A stretch of DNA of 64,000 nucleotides, taken from assembly GCA_951406725.2 (NCBI GenBank), contig OX597824.1:94984001-95048000 (forward strand), in the 5' to 3' direction. This DNA comes from Octopus vulgaris. Lineage: Eukaryota. Made by a program: the position numbers and the translations under genes. Positions 25,901 to 40,306 of the stretch are shown here, piece by piece (position 1 is the stretch's first letter; every line of letters starts with the position of its first letter). Under the pieces are notes generated by a model that was not told the origin of the DNA, did no database searches, and saw only the letters and a program-made list of their open reading frames with translations.

Positions 25901-26114
25901 CAATGAGTGTGTGACCAAGGCAGTAAAACACTGAATATCTCAGAAACCTAATGAATTTGCCTCCTTCTTTGTGATGGGTTCTGTTTTTCTGGATTCTTCA
26001 TTCCCATTTTATTTCTTTCACGTTGACATTTCTCATGGCTCTAATTAATTTTTATCTTGCCATAAAACAGCCTCAGAGATTGATAAACGAATTAAGAAAG
26101 TGCACTTAGGTCTG

Positions 26115-26732
26115 TCTCACACACACACACACACACACACACAGCCACATACACCCACGCACATACACACACACTGTACATATAATGTGTGGTGTGTATA
26201 GATATGTAAAGCAGGTGAAGTTGTATAACAAGTCTATAGAATCTTATTTGCATACACACACACACACACACACGAATATGCTCAATACGCATACTTACGT
26301 ACACAGAAATACACAAATACGCATACATGCACACATGCAAATACACATACACATATACATACATTAACACATGCACAAATACACACACCAAATACATGCA
26401 TACAAATACACATACACACACACACAAATATGCACACATACGCACACACATAAATACGTATACACAAATATATACATACACAAATACCCATATATACATA
26501 CATACACACATAGGCACATGCACGCACACACATATACACATGCATACATACACAGAAATACACAAATATGCATACATGCACACATGCAAATACACATATA
26601 CACACAAATACACACACCAAATACATACATACAAATACACATACATGCACACACACACAAATACTCATACATACATACACACACATGCACACAAACATGC
26701 ACACACACACACAGACACACATACATACACAC
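26115..26732. repeat. Degenerate (CA)/(TACA) microsatellite with an internal duplication
   Basis: Directly visible; source of the His/Thr- and Cys/Val-rich spurious ORFs. Confidence 0.9.
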
Positions 26733-29700
26733 TAATAATAATTATTTTTAGCAGTTTAATCCAAACTCGAATGAAAATATTTTGTTTATTTATGTAATAA
26801 ATATTCCCGACAGAGACCCCGGAATCTCCAGTCATATCAGATATTTTCAGGGTTCTCTTTGCGATCCCCTTTCTTCGCTTGCTGCCATGGATACGCTGTT
26901 AGCCTGCATATCAAGACTGTATTGTGCAGTCTCCTTAGCTTTCTTCCCCTCTCCCATCCCATGCCTATTTCACCCATCATTAGGGAGTCTGAAACCCCCC
27001 CGCCTCCTTCTACCTTACAATCTTACCCACCCTATCAGTTACTGCATCTTTTTAATTCCCCCCCCCCGTATCTTCTTCGAGCAACCACCCCCATCTCACC
27101 CGTGCTCTTTCACATACCCAGGTGCAATCGCAGCATTCTCCATTCATCTACTCGTAGTTCTACCCTTGAAATTTCATCTCCCTTTATTTATTTCAGCAAA
27201 GTACTCCCCCACCACGACCACCACCCCTAAACTTTGTTGTTGCCCCTCCTCCGTTGACTGTAGATTTTAAGCTGTAATACCTTGCCGTTTCTTTAGCATC
27301 ACACCCTCCCGCTCCTCGCCACTGTACCCTTCTCACACCCACCTATTCCATCGTCATTCTCTCGTTTGCCGGTAACTCGCTGCTCCGCATCACTATTTCA
27401 GCTCACCTTCCCGACACAACTCATTTTCGCCCTTCTTGCTACATCACTTCATCTTCCTTCTTTCTTTCTTTCTTTCTCTTTTAAAAAATTTCTTTTTAAT
27501 CATCCGTAAACCACCTCTCTGTGTCTTTCGTGTCTGCCTCCCTCCCACACTGCAACGACTTCCACACATCCTGTCTTTCCAAGTTCTAGCTTCTCTGCTA
27601 AACCTTTTCCCCACCACCCAACCATCGTACCATTACTCTAAGCAAGCAGGGTTTTCCTTCTATTTCTTTCAGCTATTTTCGTTATCATTGTTGTTGTCGT
27701 TATTCTTGTTATTAATCTTTTTAATTTTGTCTTTTTCTTCTTCTTCTTCTTCCCACCTCACCCTACCAAGCTCTTCTTTCTCACTCTACACTTGGCTGTT
27801 GGTACTGATTAAAAATATAGCATAGCTTTGTAGCACACAGTTTGCAAAAGAGCAATGCAACTCAGCTTCTTCTTCTTTTTCAGGATTTACCTGACATTTC
27901 TTGCCATTCCTCAGTTTTTAATATTATTATTTATGTCTCTATGGCAAGCGCTAAACTCTCATTTGCCAAGTCTGCAATCCATTTCTTGTTGCCAGTTGAA
28001 ACCATTTCATAAATTTATTTCTAAACTTTATTCCCTGCTACATTATTGCAAACTATAAATGGCATCCTCGATCAGGCTTTCAATGGACCGGCCACTCGCT
28101 CTCTGCGTTTATGATGTGATGGGTTTCAAAATTGGCATCTGTGCAATTTAGGTAGGGTAATTGTTGCAGGGTATTTTTTGTTTGAAAGCACCAGTTTTAT
28201 TGCCAATGTTTACATCTTTGGCTGTTTATACATCAGTGAAAGACATTTACATGCATAAACATATGTGAAGGTGTGCGATGTATACACACATGCATTTATG
28301 AAGGTATGTGGCATATACATAGATACACCCTTACATATGAAGGTGTGTGATGTATGTGTATATGGAAGTAATGTATTTATACACACACGTATATATATAT
28401 GAAGGTGTATGACATGTATATACACACATATATATATAATTTTATTTGTTAGGGAATAAAAATTCCGGCATAACTGGGGTTCAAATTATTCTCAATGAGG
28501 AAATATATATATTCATTTAGAGATAGTAGGCCCCTTCATGGTGAGATGAAGGGGCCTATTATCTCTAAATGAAAATATATATATATATGGCAGTGTATAC
28601 AATGTATATACACACAGATGTGAAGGAGTGTGACGTGCATGCACACACATAGTGTATGTGACGTGTGTGTGTGTGTATAAACACACACACACACATGTAT
28701 GCATGCACACATGTGAAAATGTGTAGTATAGTAATTAGGGCACTGGTTTCATGGGTTCAATTACTGGACCAAGCTGGACATCATATCCTCGAACCAGGCA
28801 CTTTATTTCATATGACCCAAGAATTTCTCAACTGAAATAAGGGCCAGCTAAGTGCTGGTGTAGCCATCACTTTCTCTTCTTCTCCACCTATCACATGCAT
28901 ACAGTTCCATTGGATAAAAGGTGAGAATGTGTCTCTATGTCTGCTCACGACTACACAGGCAGCTAAAATAATTTGCGAAAGCATGGTACGTACATTCAAG
29001 TCCTACTCCAGTTTCTAGTGACAGCCATAGTAACAGTATTTGATGTGGAGGCATGTGGCTTAGTGGTTAGGGTGTGGAACTCATGATCGTAAGATTGTGG
29101 TTTCAATTCCTGGACCAGGCAATGCATTGTGTTCTTGAGCAAAACATTTCATTTTATGTTGTTCCGATCCACTCATCATCATCATTAACATCATCATCGT
29201 TTAACGTCCGTTTTCCATGCTAGCATGGGTTGGATGGTTCGACCGGGGTCAGGAAGCCAGGAGGCTGTACCAGGCTCCAGTCTGATCTGGCAGTGTTTCT
29301 ACAGCTGGATGCCCTTCCTAATGCCAACCACTCCATGAGTGTAGTGGGTGCTTTTTACGTGCCACCGGAGGCTGGCAACGGCCACGATCAGTTGGTGCTT
29401 TTTACATGCAATCCTTTAAGGCGGTGCCCCAGTATGGTCGCAGTCAAATGACTGAAACAAGTACAAGAAACAATAAAAAAAAAAATCTATCAAACCTGAT
29501 GGCCTTGCAATTTAATGAACATAAATCAATATCATGAAAGATAAAAGATAAAAGACGTTGGAGTCTTTGCTCTTTTCTTGCATTGTTTCTTAACCTTCCT
29601 TTGTACGACCAGTTTTCTTTCCGACAACATGTCTGTTGTTATGAAAGGACAAATCATGCTAAATGTGTATTACCAGCCGGTACTAATTGATTTGGTATCT

Positions 29701-30182
29701 TCCGGTTTTGTATTTGTTGTCTTGCTATTCCCTTTGCCATTGGTAATTACTTCGGTCCATAGTCGGTAAACTATGATAAAAAGGTTCTAATTATATAGAC
29801 ACATGCCCTGTTTGAATGTGTTTTTATTTCAGCTCATTTTCAAAGTAAATATCAAAAAGGAAAAAAAATGGCCTTCATCAGCTTATTTATCTCATGTTTG
29901 TTCATTATATATAGTTTATTGCAAGCGTGCAAGTCATGTGAGTACATATGCATTTGTGCGTGCTTCTGGCTATATACATACATGCATGCATACATACATA
30001 CATACATAAATATATATATATATTATTCAGCCGAAATTGTGAGGATGATCCAGTTCTTGACTGAGGATAAAAAGCTTCGAATGGCCCGTCCTTGTTTTCT
30101 TTATATTGTTTATCTAGATGTTTTTTTGTCCCTTTTTGTATAACTTAGTTGTCCGGATGTTTTGCGTTCTTGCCCCATTTTG

Positions 30183-30230
<48 letters not shown>

Positions 30231-30318
30231 CGGAGATGTACTTGCATAGCAAGTGACCTGATCTGAGATTGTGTGCTGGTTTATATATATATAGTGGCGT
30301 ATGCACACTTTGTTGTCT

Positions 30319-30357
<39 letters not shown>

Positions 30358-32272
30358 CAATAAGAAAATGGAGGGGTCAAGAGGTGGTATTCATCAACTT
30401 TTAGACATTATATTATGTCTATTTATGTATTTAAAAAAAAACCCATTATAACAATATACATACATGTATAGCATATTCTGCTTTACATATTCAATATATA
30501 AAAAATACCAGTAATTATTAAAATATATAATGTAGATCACAAAAGATAGATAATATCTTACAGCTGTTTCAGCCAAGAGGTCAAAGTACCCCCAATCTAC
30601 TTGTATCCTTTCAATGAACTGAAGTATTTGGCAGATAAGATTTAGGTACTTGGGTGTGTCTCTGGGCTTTGGCAGAGAGCTTGGAAAGTTCATAAGGTTA
30701 AATTATAAATACAAATACATACACATATACACACTTATACATATGTACACATAAACATACATAAACACATGTACATATATTTCTCTGTTTTTATATTCAT
30801 ATGTATATGTATATGCTTACCAAGGAATCAATTATTATTATTAGGTGTATTATAATATTCTTATTAGATAAAGTATAAAAAGAGGAAGGAGAAAGTTATC
30901 AAAACAGAAATAATCATGGAATGTAAAAACAATATATTCTAAGATTATTGTAGTTATGTAGGAATGAAAAGGTATATAAATGAGAAATACATACATATAT
31001 ATACATATACATACATACATACATACACATATATACATACATACATATATATAAATAGGGTGCAATGGGTAGATTATCGCCATTTTATATTTTTTATTTT
31101 TTATTGACTACACACTATAGCAGGGTCAGTTGGTCACCATCTGTGAGATAAGCAGCACCATGATGCAATTCCCTCTGCCAGAAATTTGGAAATGACTGGA
31201 AAGGAATGGCTGAAGAAAAAGTTCTTGCTAAGACAGGAGAGTGTAAGAGAAGGAGGCATCAGTGTGTGTATGTATGGGTATGTGCATGCACACGCACACA
31301 TTCACACGTAACATCATCATTATTGTTTTAGTGTCAATTTTCTGAACTTGCTATGGCTGGATATCTTCTCTGCCACTAATTTTTGCCTATTTCCAAGTGA
31401 AGTAATATTGCTCCATCATCCAGACAGACTGATTCAAAATGAAGGGCATGCCTGGCATGACAGCGACACTCACATCTATCCCTTGGGGACAAACAAGGAC
31501 AGACAAATGGATTAAGTCGATTGTATTGACCCCAGTGCATAACTGGTACTTATTTAATCGACCTCAAAAGGATGAAAGGCAGAGTTGACCTCGACGGAAT
31601 TTGAACTCAGAACGTAGCGGCTGACGAAATACCTATTTCTTTATTACCCACAAGGGGCTAAATTCAGAGAGGACAAACAAGGACAGACAAATGGATTAAG
31701 TCAATTATATCGACCCCAGTAAGTAACTGGTACTTAATTTATCAACCCTGAAAGGATGAAAGGCAAAGTCAACCTCAGCGGAATTTGAACTCAGAATGTA
31801 GTGGCTGACGAAATACCGCTAAGCATATCGCCCGGCGTGCTAACGTTTCTGCCAGCTCACTGCCTTAGTCATGAGGAAATATTGCCTTACTTCAAAACAG
31901 ATGAGAGTTGGTGACAGGAAGGGCATCTGGCCATAGAAAATCTGCCTCAACAAAAAAGTGGGCATTGAAATGATGACGATGACAATGATCATTGTATTAT
32001 TGATTCATTCATGCAACACTCTGTCTATTATGTCTCTCTATTGTCATGTTGTCATCATAATTGGATGCCATTTGTAATGACAACAATACACCAGTCTAGC
32101 TTATGACATGAACAGAGGAGAAACTACACAGTGTGATAAATCATTTGTTGATGTGTTATTTTGAACTGGTTATCTTTGTTCTGCTCATAAAAACACATTG
32201 TTAGTGTATCTGGGCTATGAAGTAACTAGATTTCTAAAGCAAGTATTTTACTAGGTGTATACTGTCCAGCTG

Positions 32273-32530
32273 TGGAGGCACGTGGCTTAGTGGTTAGGGT
32301 GTCAGCATTATGATCGTAAGAATGTGGTTTCGATTCCTGGACCGGGCGACACGTTGTGTTCTTAAGCAAAACACTTCATTTCACGTTGCTCCAGTCCACT
32401 CAGCTGGCAAAAAGGAGTAACGCTGCGATGGACTGGCATCCCATCCAGCTGGGGAACACATACGCCATAGAAACCGGGAAACCAGGCCCATGAGCCAGGC
32501 TAGGCTTTAAAAGGGTGCATTTATTTATTT
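32273..32530 (+). mobile_element. tRNA-derived SINE family S3
   Basis: GGAGGCACGTGGCTTAGTGGTTAG...TTCGATTCC head, CTGCGATGGACTGGCATCCCATCCAG body and (ATTT)n tail. Heads also at ~16777, 20038, 29047, 41048(-) and 56648. Confidence 0.85.
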
Positions 32531-32767
32531 TATACTGTCCGGCTATCACCATCATCGTTTTAATGGTCACTTTTTCTATGCTCGCATGGGTTTGTCAGAA
32601 TTAGCTGAGATGGATTTTCCTACAGCTGGACGCCATTCCTGTCTCCAACCCTCACTTATTTATGTGAAAGATCACTGTTACTGCATTATATTGTTATACA
32701 TATAATATTTTGTTTCTGAATGGAGAGAAAAATGTTTATGTAATTGTTGAAACTCACTTTGCCAAAC

Positions 32768-32805
<38 letters not shown>

Positions 32806-35054
32806 GCTTTTGGTTATAGTAGTGATAGTATTGATTTGGCACTGTTTCAACTTATTCACTATCATAATTGTCACTCTCAGAATTGAACAAAGAAATAATC
32901 CTTACAGATTACAATTCCACCACCCAAACGCTTTATAATCCCTTTTTTATCTATTGCCCCCCTCCACCCACACCTAAAATAAACTGTAGTTCTGTTTGTA
33001 TTTGAAACGTGGACAGAGAGCAACTATTTATATATATTATTGTATTGTTAAGTTCTGTGTACACAGGAGCTCCGGCATTATTATGCTGACTGACTGCAAT
33101 GAACTACCTTTAGGTCTATTTTGTTAAATTGCCCATTGATGAAAGAAAGGCTTGAAATGGAGCCAGAATAGTGTGTTTGAATAGCCAAGGTGTTTTAGGG
33201 AATCTAAATGAAATTTATTGTCAAAGCTAAGATGAATTGATGGCCGAGAATTAGTTATTAACTCTTTAAGCATTCAGATTACTCATTCAAATGTAATCCT
33301 CATTTATCCACATTGTTTTTAATTAATCACGGGATTATCTCATAGCTTTGAGATTTCGATGACGTGGTTGTTTATTTTTAGAATGACATTGTAGGGTAGG
33401 TGTGAAAGGCTGAATATGGCTAGTTTAAAGTCTAAAGGGTTAACTCATATTCCCTTTACTCTCATTTACAATGTTGCTTGACTTTATTCTGAGTTGACAA
33501 AATGAATTTATTATTCATCGTCAATTGTTGCCTCATGCTATTTTGGAGTTAATTAGACTGCAGTGTGATTAATTAAACTAACACTCATCAGTTCCTGAAA
33601 AACCAATTAAATATGTCTTTCACTGGCCTCTTTCACTATAATGACGACAGTTTCTGTGTCTCCCAGTAATTCTGTAATTGCTTTTCCTCAAAACCTTTTA
33701 TTCACAAACATTTTTCAGAGTTTCTCTCTCCAAATGTCTTCCTGTAGCCATGCGGATTCTTTAACTCTTTAGCATTCATATTATTCTGTCAAATCTGGTG
33801 ATGCTTATTTATTCGCATCGTTGTGAATTTAATCATGTATTATCTCGATAATGATAACGATGATGATCGTCATCATTGTTTAACGTCTGTTTTCCATGCT
33901 GGCATGGGTTGGATGGTTTGATTGAGGACTGGCAAGCCAGGAGGCTGCGCCAGGCTCCAATCTGATCTGTTAAGGTTTTTACAGCTCGATGCCTTTCCTA
34001 ATGCCAACCACTCCGAGAGTGTAGTAGGTGCTTTTTACATGCCTCTGGCATGGGAGTCAGTCCGGCAGCACTGGCATTGACCACGCTCGAATGGTGCTTT
34101 TTACATGCCACCGGCATGGAAGCCAGTTAGTCGCTCTGGCAACGATCACGGTTGGATGGTGCTCTTAGCACCCTACCCGCACGGGGCAGAAGTGCCAGTA
34201 AGGCGACGCACAGTTACATACAGATACACACACACACACACACACACACACACTACAAGCTTCTTTCAGCTACTGTTTGTCATATCCACTCACAAGGCTT
34301 TAGTTGCCCCACAACTATAAATGAAGATACTAGCACAAGGTGTCACACTGTGGGACTGAACCTGAGACCATATGGTTACAATAAGCTTCTTAACCACACA
34401 GCTATGTATCTATATTAAAATTATTTTTAAGGCATTTATCAAAGGAGCACTGAAGTTGAATTCAGCACCCGAAGCCTGGATTCATTAAAAACAGGATTCT
34501 TTGACTTCCAGAAATGCCAAATTGTGTTTTATTTACTGAGAAGGGAAAAAAAATCCTTTAAAACTTGTATTTATCAAAGGTTTTATGTTGATTGAAATAA
34601 AAATAGATTAACTGGCATAGTGTTGAGTGAGAACTTCAGCATATCTTACATTCCTGGCACAACTAACTCTCCAGCTGAGGAAAATTTAGAATAGACAACA
34701 TTGTGTGTAGAAGTCGTAAAGCATGGCATTCTTCTGTAATTAGTGGGTGCACTGTTTAACTGAAGAGTGTTTTATTGAGCTTTACAGTTTCATATTGCAA
34801 TATCCAAATTGCCTTCTTCAGGTTGTAAGGAACCGTAAATGGTGTTAGAACATTGGTATTACATTATCTGTTAAAGGCCAGCACGTACTGTCAACTAACC
34901 AATCCTCCATGTGTTTGACTTAGATAATTAATTAAGAAATTTACACTGATAATGTTATTTAAATTTCCTGTGTAATGACCAGTCAGTGTTAGTTTTGGTC
35001 CTGGTTAGGAAGAGATCGTTAGTGCAATTAATTATAATTGTTAACTTTCAACAC

Positions 35055-35375
35055 CACTGTGGATATCTTTGGGATAATTAGGGCAAATAGAGTGCGGTGG
35101 TATGGGTATGTGTTGAGGAGGGATAAGGAGCATGTTCTGAAGAGGATGCTAGGGTTTGAGGTAAATGGACAGCAGAAGCGGGGTAGACTGAGGAAAATAT
35201 GGAGGGGACAGGTGGGGGAGGAGATTGGGAGGGTTGGCTTGAGAAGGGGGCACACCCCAAACCAGGCAAGAAGGCGAGATGGTGTGAGGGCTGTTGTTAC
35301 GGCATTAAGGTTGATCCAGAAATCCCCATGAATGAGGACAAAACCTGGATTCAAAATGATGGATGGCGATGATAA
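35055..35375 (+). mobile_element. RTE-clade LINE 3' remnant (second family)
   Basis: IIRANRVRWYGYVLRRDKEHVLKRMLGFEVNGQQKRGRLRKIW matches the RTE 'RLRW.GHV.R...G.R.RGRP...W' C-terminal motif. Confidence 0.8.
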
Positions 35376-35379
35376 TATA

Positions 35380-35835
35380 TCTTTTATCTTTTACTTGTTA
35401 CAGTCCTTAGACTGCAACCATTCTGGAGCACTGCCCTTAAAAAATACTTAGTTGAGTGAATTGAACCAAGTACTTGTTTTGTTTTCTTTTAAGCCAGGTG
35501 CTCATTTTATTGGTCATTTTTGCTAAACTGCTAAGTTGCAGAGATGTAAACACACCAACACTGGTTGTCAGACAGTGGTGAGGAACAAATACAGACACAC
35601 ACGCGCACGCACACACACACACACATGCACACATAACATACACACACATGCACACACACACACACACACACACACTGGGCTTCTTTCAATTTCTGTCTGC
35701 CAAATCCACCCACAAGTCTTCGGTCAGCCCGAGGCCACAGTAGAAGACACTTGCCCAAGGTGCCATGCAATGGGACTGAACCCGGAACCATGTTGTTATG
35801 AAGCAAGCTTCCTACCACTCAGTCGCACCTGCACC
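35380..35835 (-). mobile_element. SINE S1 (older copy)
   Basis: Reverse-strand homology. Similar copies at 34250-34405 and 46515-46970. Confidence 0.8.
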
Positions 35836-36832
35836 ATATACAGATAGCGTGTGTAACCTGAAGGAGAACAAACAGTAGAGATAACACATTGTTAATAAGC
35901 TGGTCAGTAGTTGGAACTGCAGTTCCTTGTTAGTAGTTTGAGAAAATGCCATATTTACCTGGCAGTGAGGTACAGTATTCCTATGTAACATTTAGCATTT
36001 CTTTTTATATCATTTAGAAGAGATGGGAAAGGAGCCATGACCTCTGCAGGTCATGACCTGCACGACCTTGATGAGATTAATTTGGTACAGTTCTCATCTG
36101 GTCTGAATCACTACAAGTCGGCGTCTGCTGCGAAAACACAAGTGAGGAATGAAATTCTAGGAAAGAATAAACTCTGCTTAATAACCAGTGAACGGTATTA
36201 CAGAAGTATTTTTTCTGACTCTTTAGGTTCTGAGTTCAAATCCTGCTACGGTCATCTTTGTCTTTCGTCTCTTCAGGGTCGATAAAATAAAGAACCAGTC
36301 ATATCTTGGGGTTGATGTAATCAACTTGTCTCCTCGTCCTCCTTTCCAAAATCGATGGCTTTGAACCCTGCAATGGACTGGCATCCCATTCAGGGAATGT
36401 GATCACAGTCACTTGTAGACCATGGAAACTGAGTAACTGGCCTAATGAGTCCAAGGGTTAAATAACAATTTTTATATTCCTGTCTTTTGTAGCATATAAA
36501 CTGACATGGTATATAGCATGAGTGGGCCCCTTAGAAATTCCAAGTTGGTGCCTGGTGTGCTGGAACACCACTGGGTATGAGGCACCCCTTAACCCTTGTT
36601 AAAGCATGTCTCTAGAATCTGCTTCAAGCATAGGCTGTGTATGCTATGATAACCAGGGGTGACTTGGCCAGTGAATCCTTTGCAATGGTCAACAATCGAC
36701 AGCAAGATAAACCGCTATGGATCACATCATCCCAAAGTCTGCATGTGATGGGGAACTACATGGCAACTTGTATTCCCACTGAAACTCCGAGCTTGTTGAT
36801 CAGATCCAGCTTAAGTAGGTAGTAGTAGTAGC

Positions 36833-36957
36833 CAGGGCTGTGGAGTTGGAATCGGAAACAATTAAGGGGTTCCTGGAGTTGGAGTCGGTAAAATAGACCA
36901 CAATCACTTAATTACATAGAGGAGTCGGAGTTTTTTTGTTTTGACTCCACAGCCCAG
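36833..36957. mobile_element. hAT-type MITE
   Basis: TIR CAGGGCTGTGGAGT / ACTCCACAGCCCAG, internal GGAGTC/GGAGTT repeats, and an 8 bp TSD gtagtagc/gtagcagc. Confidence 0.75.
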
Positions 36958-37957
36958 GTAGCAGCAGTACATAGTATAAACAATTACACATCATCACTAC
37001 CTTTCTAAATCCTGCTGCATTTCACATGGAATTTTTGGTGGAAGTTTTGGTCCTCTAAAGCCATCTTGGTGTGTAAGTCAACCTGTCATTTTTGACTGTA
37101 AATTCTGGTCTGAAAAACTCAACTTGTATGCCAAGAAAATACAGTTAGTGCAGTCGGCATAGATTACGAGTGTTACTGACATTCTAGGTTATTCTGTACT
37201 TTTAGGACAACTTCTGAATGTGATTAATTAAGACATGTAACGATTGACACATGGTTTGTGTCATGGACCGGATTCACTTTTCCGTCTCAAATTATTGCTT
37301 CTAATAACTAAATATCATGTCATATGCACTGCAATTTATAAAGGTTTATAATAGTATTTTCTGATATATTGAGTCAAGTACATCAACATCAAAATAAATA
37401 TCAAATGGAAATTGTAGATGTAATACCTGTGCCGGTGGCACATAAAAAGCACCATCCAAACGTGGCCGATGCCAGCGCTACCTTGACTGGCTTCTGTGCT
37501 GGTGACACGTAAAAAGCACCAACCGATCGTGGCTGTTGCCAGCCTCCCCTGGCACCTGTGCCGGTGGCATGTAAAAAGCACCCACTACACTCGCGGAGTG
37601 GTTGGCGTTAGGAAGGGCATCCAGCTGTAGAAACACTACCAGACGAGATTGGAGCCTGGTGCAGCCTCCTGTCTTCCCTGACCCCGGTTGAACCGCCCAA
37701 CCCGTACTAGCACAGAAAACGGACCCTAAACGATGATAACGAATAAATCAGACTGGAGTCTGGTGCAGCTTTCCAGCTTACCAACTCTGGCCAAACCATC
37801 CAACCCATGCCAGCATGGACAACGGATGTTAAATGATGATGATGAGGAATGAAATAATCTACCAGTACTTTAAATCATTAACGAACATTCAAGATTAGTG
37901 CTTAGTCACAAGAAGTTGTGGGGCCTCCAAAATGGTTCTTGTGCTACAAATAGATTT

Positions 37958-37993
<36 letters not shown>

Positions 37994-38239
37994 ATATTCA
38001 ACCTGAAAATTCAAAGTCAAGATTGCTAATAATGTTTTATATATTTATCTAAGTCCTTTTTTACTTGTTCGTTTATTTTTACTTCGTTGACATTGAAAGA
38101 ACCGATAAAGAACTTAGTAAATTGGATACCGTGAAAATGCTTATTGCATCGAGATTATTTAGTGTAATTTGAGTGTTATCAACATTTCGACATTGTGGTG
38201 GCGGCGGCGGTGGCAGTAAGAGCAATATCAGTGTAATCG

Positions 38240-38405
38240 TGGTGGTGGTGGAGGTGGTGGTGGTGGTGGTGGTGGAGGTGGTGGTGGTGGAGGTGGTGGT
38301 GGTGGTGGTGGTGGTGGTGGTGGTGGAGGTGGTGGAGGTGGTGGTGGTGGTGGTGGTGGTGGTGGTGGAGGTGGTGGTGGTGGTGGTGGTGGTGGTGGTG
38401 GTGGA
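38240..38405. repeat. (GGT)n trinucleotide tract with GGA interruptions
   Basis: Directly visible; produces the poly-P, poly-H and poly-V ORFs. Confidence 0.95.
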
Positions 38406-38607
38406 TTATGTACAGGAAACAGGAAAATAAGGTGAAAACTAATACCGGTGTGTTCTTTTTTTTTTGTTTTGTCTTTTTTTTTTCCATTACTATTCTTATA
38501 TCCAGAGAAGAAATCTTTCACCTGCAAATTGAAAGTTCTATTCATCATATATAAAAAAAAAAAAGGGTGTTACATTAGAAGACAATTTTAAACTGAAGCA
38601 TCTCTTT

Positions 38608-38665
38608 CTGTGTGTGTGTGTGTATATACATGTGTGTGTGTGACATATGTGTGTGTGTATATACA

Positions 38666-38697
<32 letters not shown>

Positions 38698-38887
38698 CAT
38701 GTGTGTGTGTGTGTGTGTATATACATATGTGTGCATGTGTGTGTATACATGTGTGCATGTGTGTGTATACATATATGTGTGCATGTGTGTGTGTATACAT
38801 ATATGTGTGTGTGTATATATATATACATATATATATGTGTGTGTGTATGTGTGTGTATATGTGTGTGTGTATATATATATATATATA
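38608..38887. repeat. Compound (TG)n/(TA)n microsatellite
   Basis: Directly visible. Confidence 0.95.
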
Positions 38888-40306
38888 AAATGTTTTTTCT
38901 AAATTTATTTTACAGATTCTTGTAATAATGTCAAGTTCTGAATGAATTTCATCTTAAAAAGTACGCTAAGGAGGAGGAGGAGGAGGAGGTGGTGGTGGTG
39001 GTGTAGTAACATGCAATCTCTCTAATCAGAAAGCAAATATTTTGTGCAATCAACCTTGTTTAAAAGGAAAAAGAAAATACAGGAAGAAAGAAAGAAAGAA
39101 AGAGGATGGCGGTGTGGGGGGGAGGAAGGCGAAGATTGTACTTTTCATAAGATATTTTATGCATTTAATAAACTTCAGTTGATGAAACTTCCTTAATAGC
39201 AAAGATAAGAGCTGGCTTTTCAGAGCCATCACAGTAGATACCCAGAATTCCCTGCAATTCAAATGAGTTTATCAGGCAAATAGTTTGTAGTATCTTTGTA
39301 ATATTTGTAATATCTTCGTATGACAAACGATAAGGTTGCTAGCTGGTAGAATCGTTAGCACGGCAAGCAAAATACTTAACGACATCCATCATTATGTTTT
39401 GAGTTCAAATTCTGCTGAGGTCGACTTTGCCTTTCATCCTTTCGGGGTCGATTAAATAAGTACAAGTTACACTCTGGGGTCGATGTAATTGACTTAATCC
39501 CTTTGTCCGTCCTTGTTTGTCCCCTTTATGTTTAGCCCCTTGTGGGTAATAAAGAAATGGGTATTTGTAATATCTTTATATGAAAAAATGATAAGGTTGC
39601 TAGCTGGCAGAATCGTTAGCACGCCGAGCAGAATACTTAATGATATTTCATCTGTCATTATGTTCCGAGTTCAAATTCCACCGAGGTCGACTTTGCCTTT
39701 CGTCCCTTTCAAGGTGTATCTGACTCCACCCCCCCCTCGAATTGCTGGCCTTGTGTCAAAATTCGAAACCATTGTTTGTTGTTGTTATTTGATGTTATTT
39801 GTGTTCACAACAGCTGATGGCTTTCTGTTATCTGTCCCGGTTTTAATCGTTTCCTCATTTGGGATTATGCAATATATTGTTTGTGTATGGATTGTGTAAT
39901 AAACACAAGGTATTTGGTAGTATTGGGGCAACACCACAGAGTTGTGTTTCAACATGAAACGGAAAATAATGCTGTGTTGTGGTTATTGTTTTAGTCTTGG
40001 ATTTCATAAATAGTGCTGACTTTTTGTAATTGTAGATTGGCAACAGTCCGTCTGATATGAATAATGTTTGTGACGTCTTGCAGTTAGTCATTGCATGTAA
40101 TCACATATATATATATATAGAAATATGTTAGGATGTGAGCCTCTGTGTGTGTGTGTGTGTATATATAGACATTATACATGCCTACTCAGACGCATGTACA
40201 TATATAGTTTTATGGTATGAGATATTTCTGCTTAGTTTTCCATGTTTCAGAGTTTGATATGTGGGTATATATGTTGTGTCTGTGTGTGCAGTGTGTGGAT
40301 ATATAT

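Noticed and set aside
26092-26797. Long Cys/Val/Tyr and His/Thr-rich ORFs (also 38538-38925)
   Set aside because: Stop-free frames arising from (CA)/(TG) microsatellites.
30060-30092. CTGAGGA...CGAATGGCCCGTC HHR-like string
   Set aside because: GAAA is incomplete and there are no supporting helices.
38173-38548. Poly-Pro, poly-His and poly-Val ORFs
   Set aside because: A (GGT)n tract with no splice context or flanking protein similarity.
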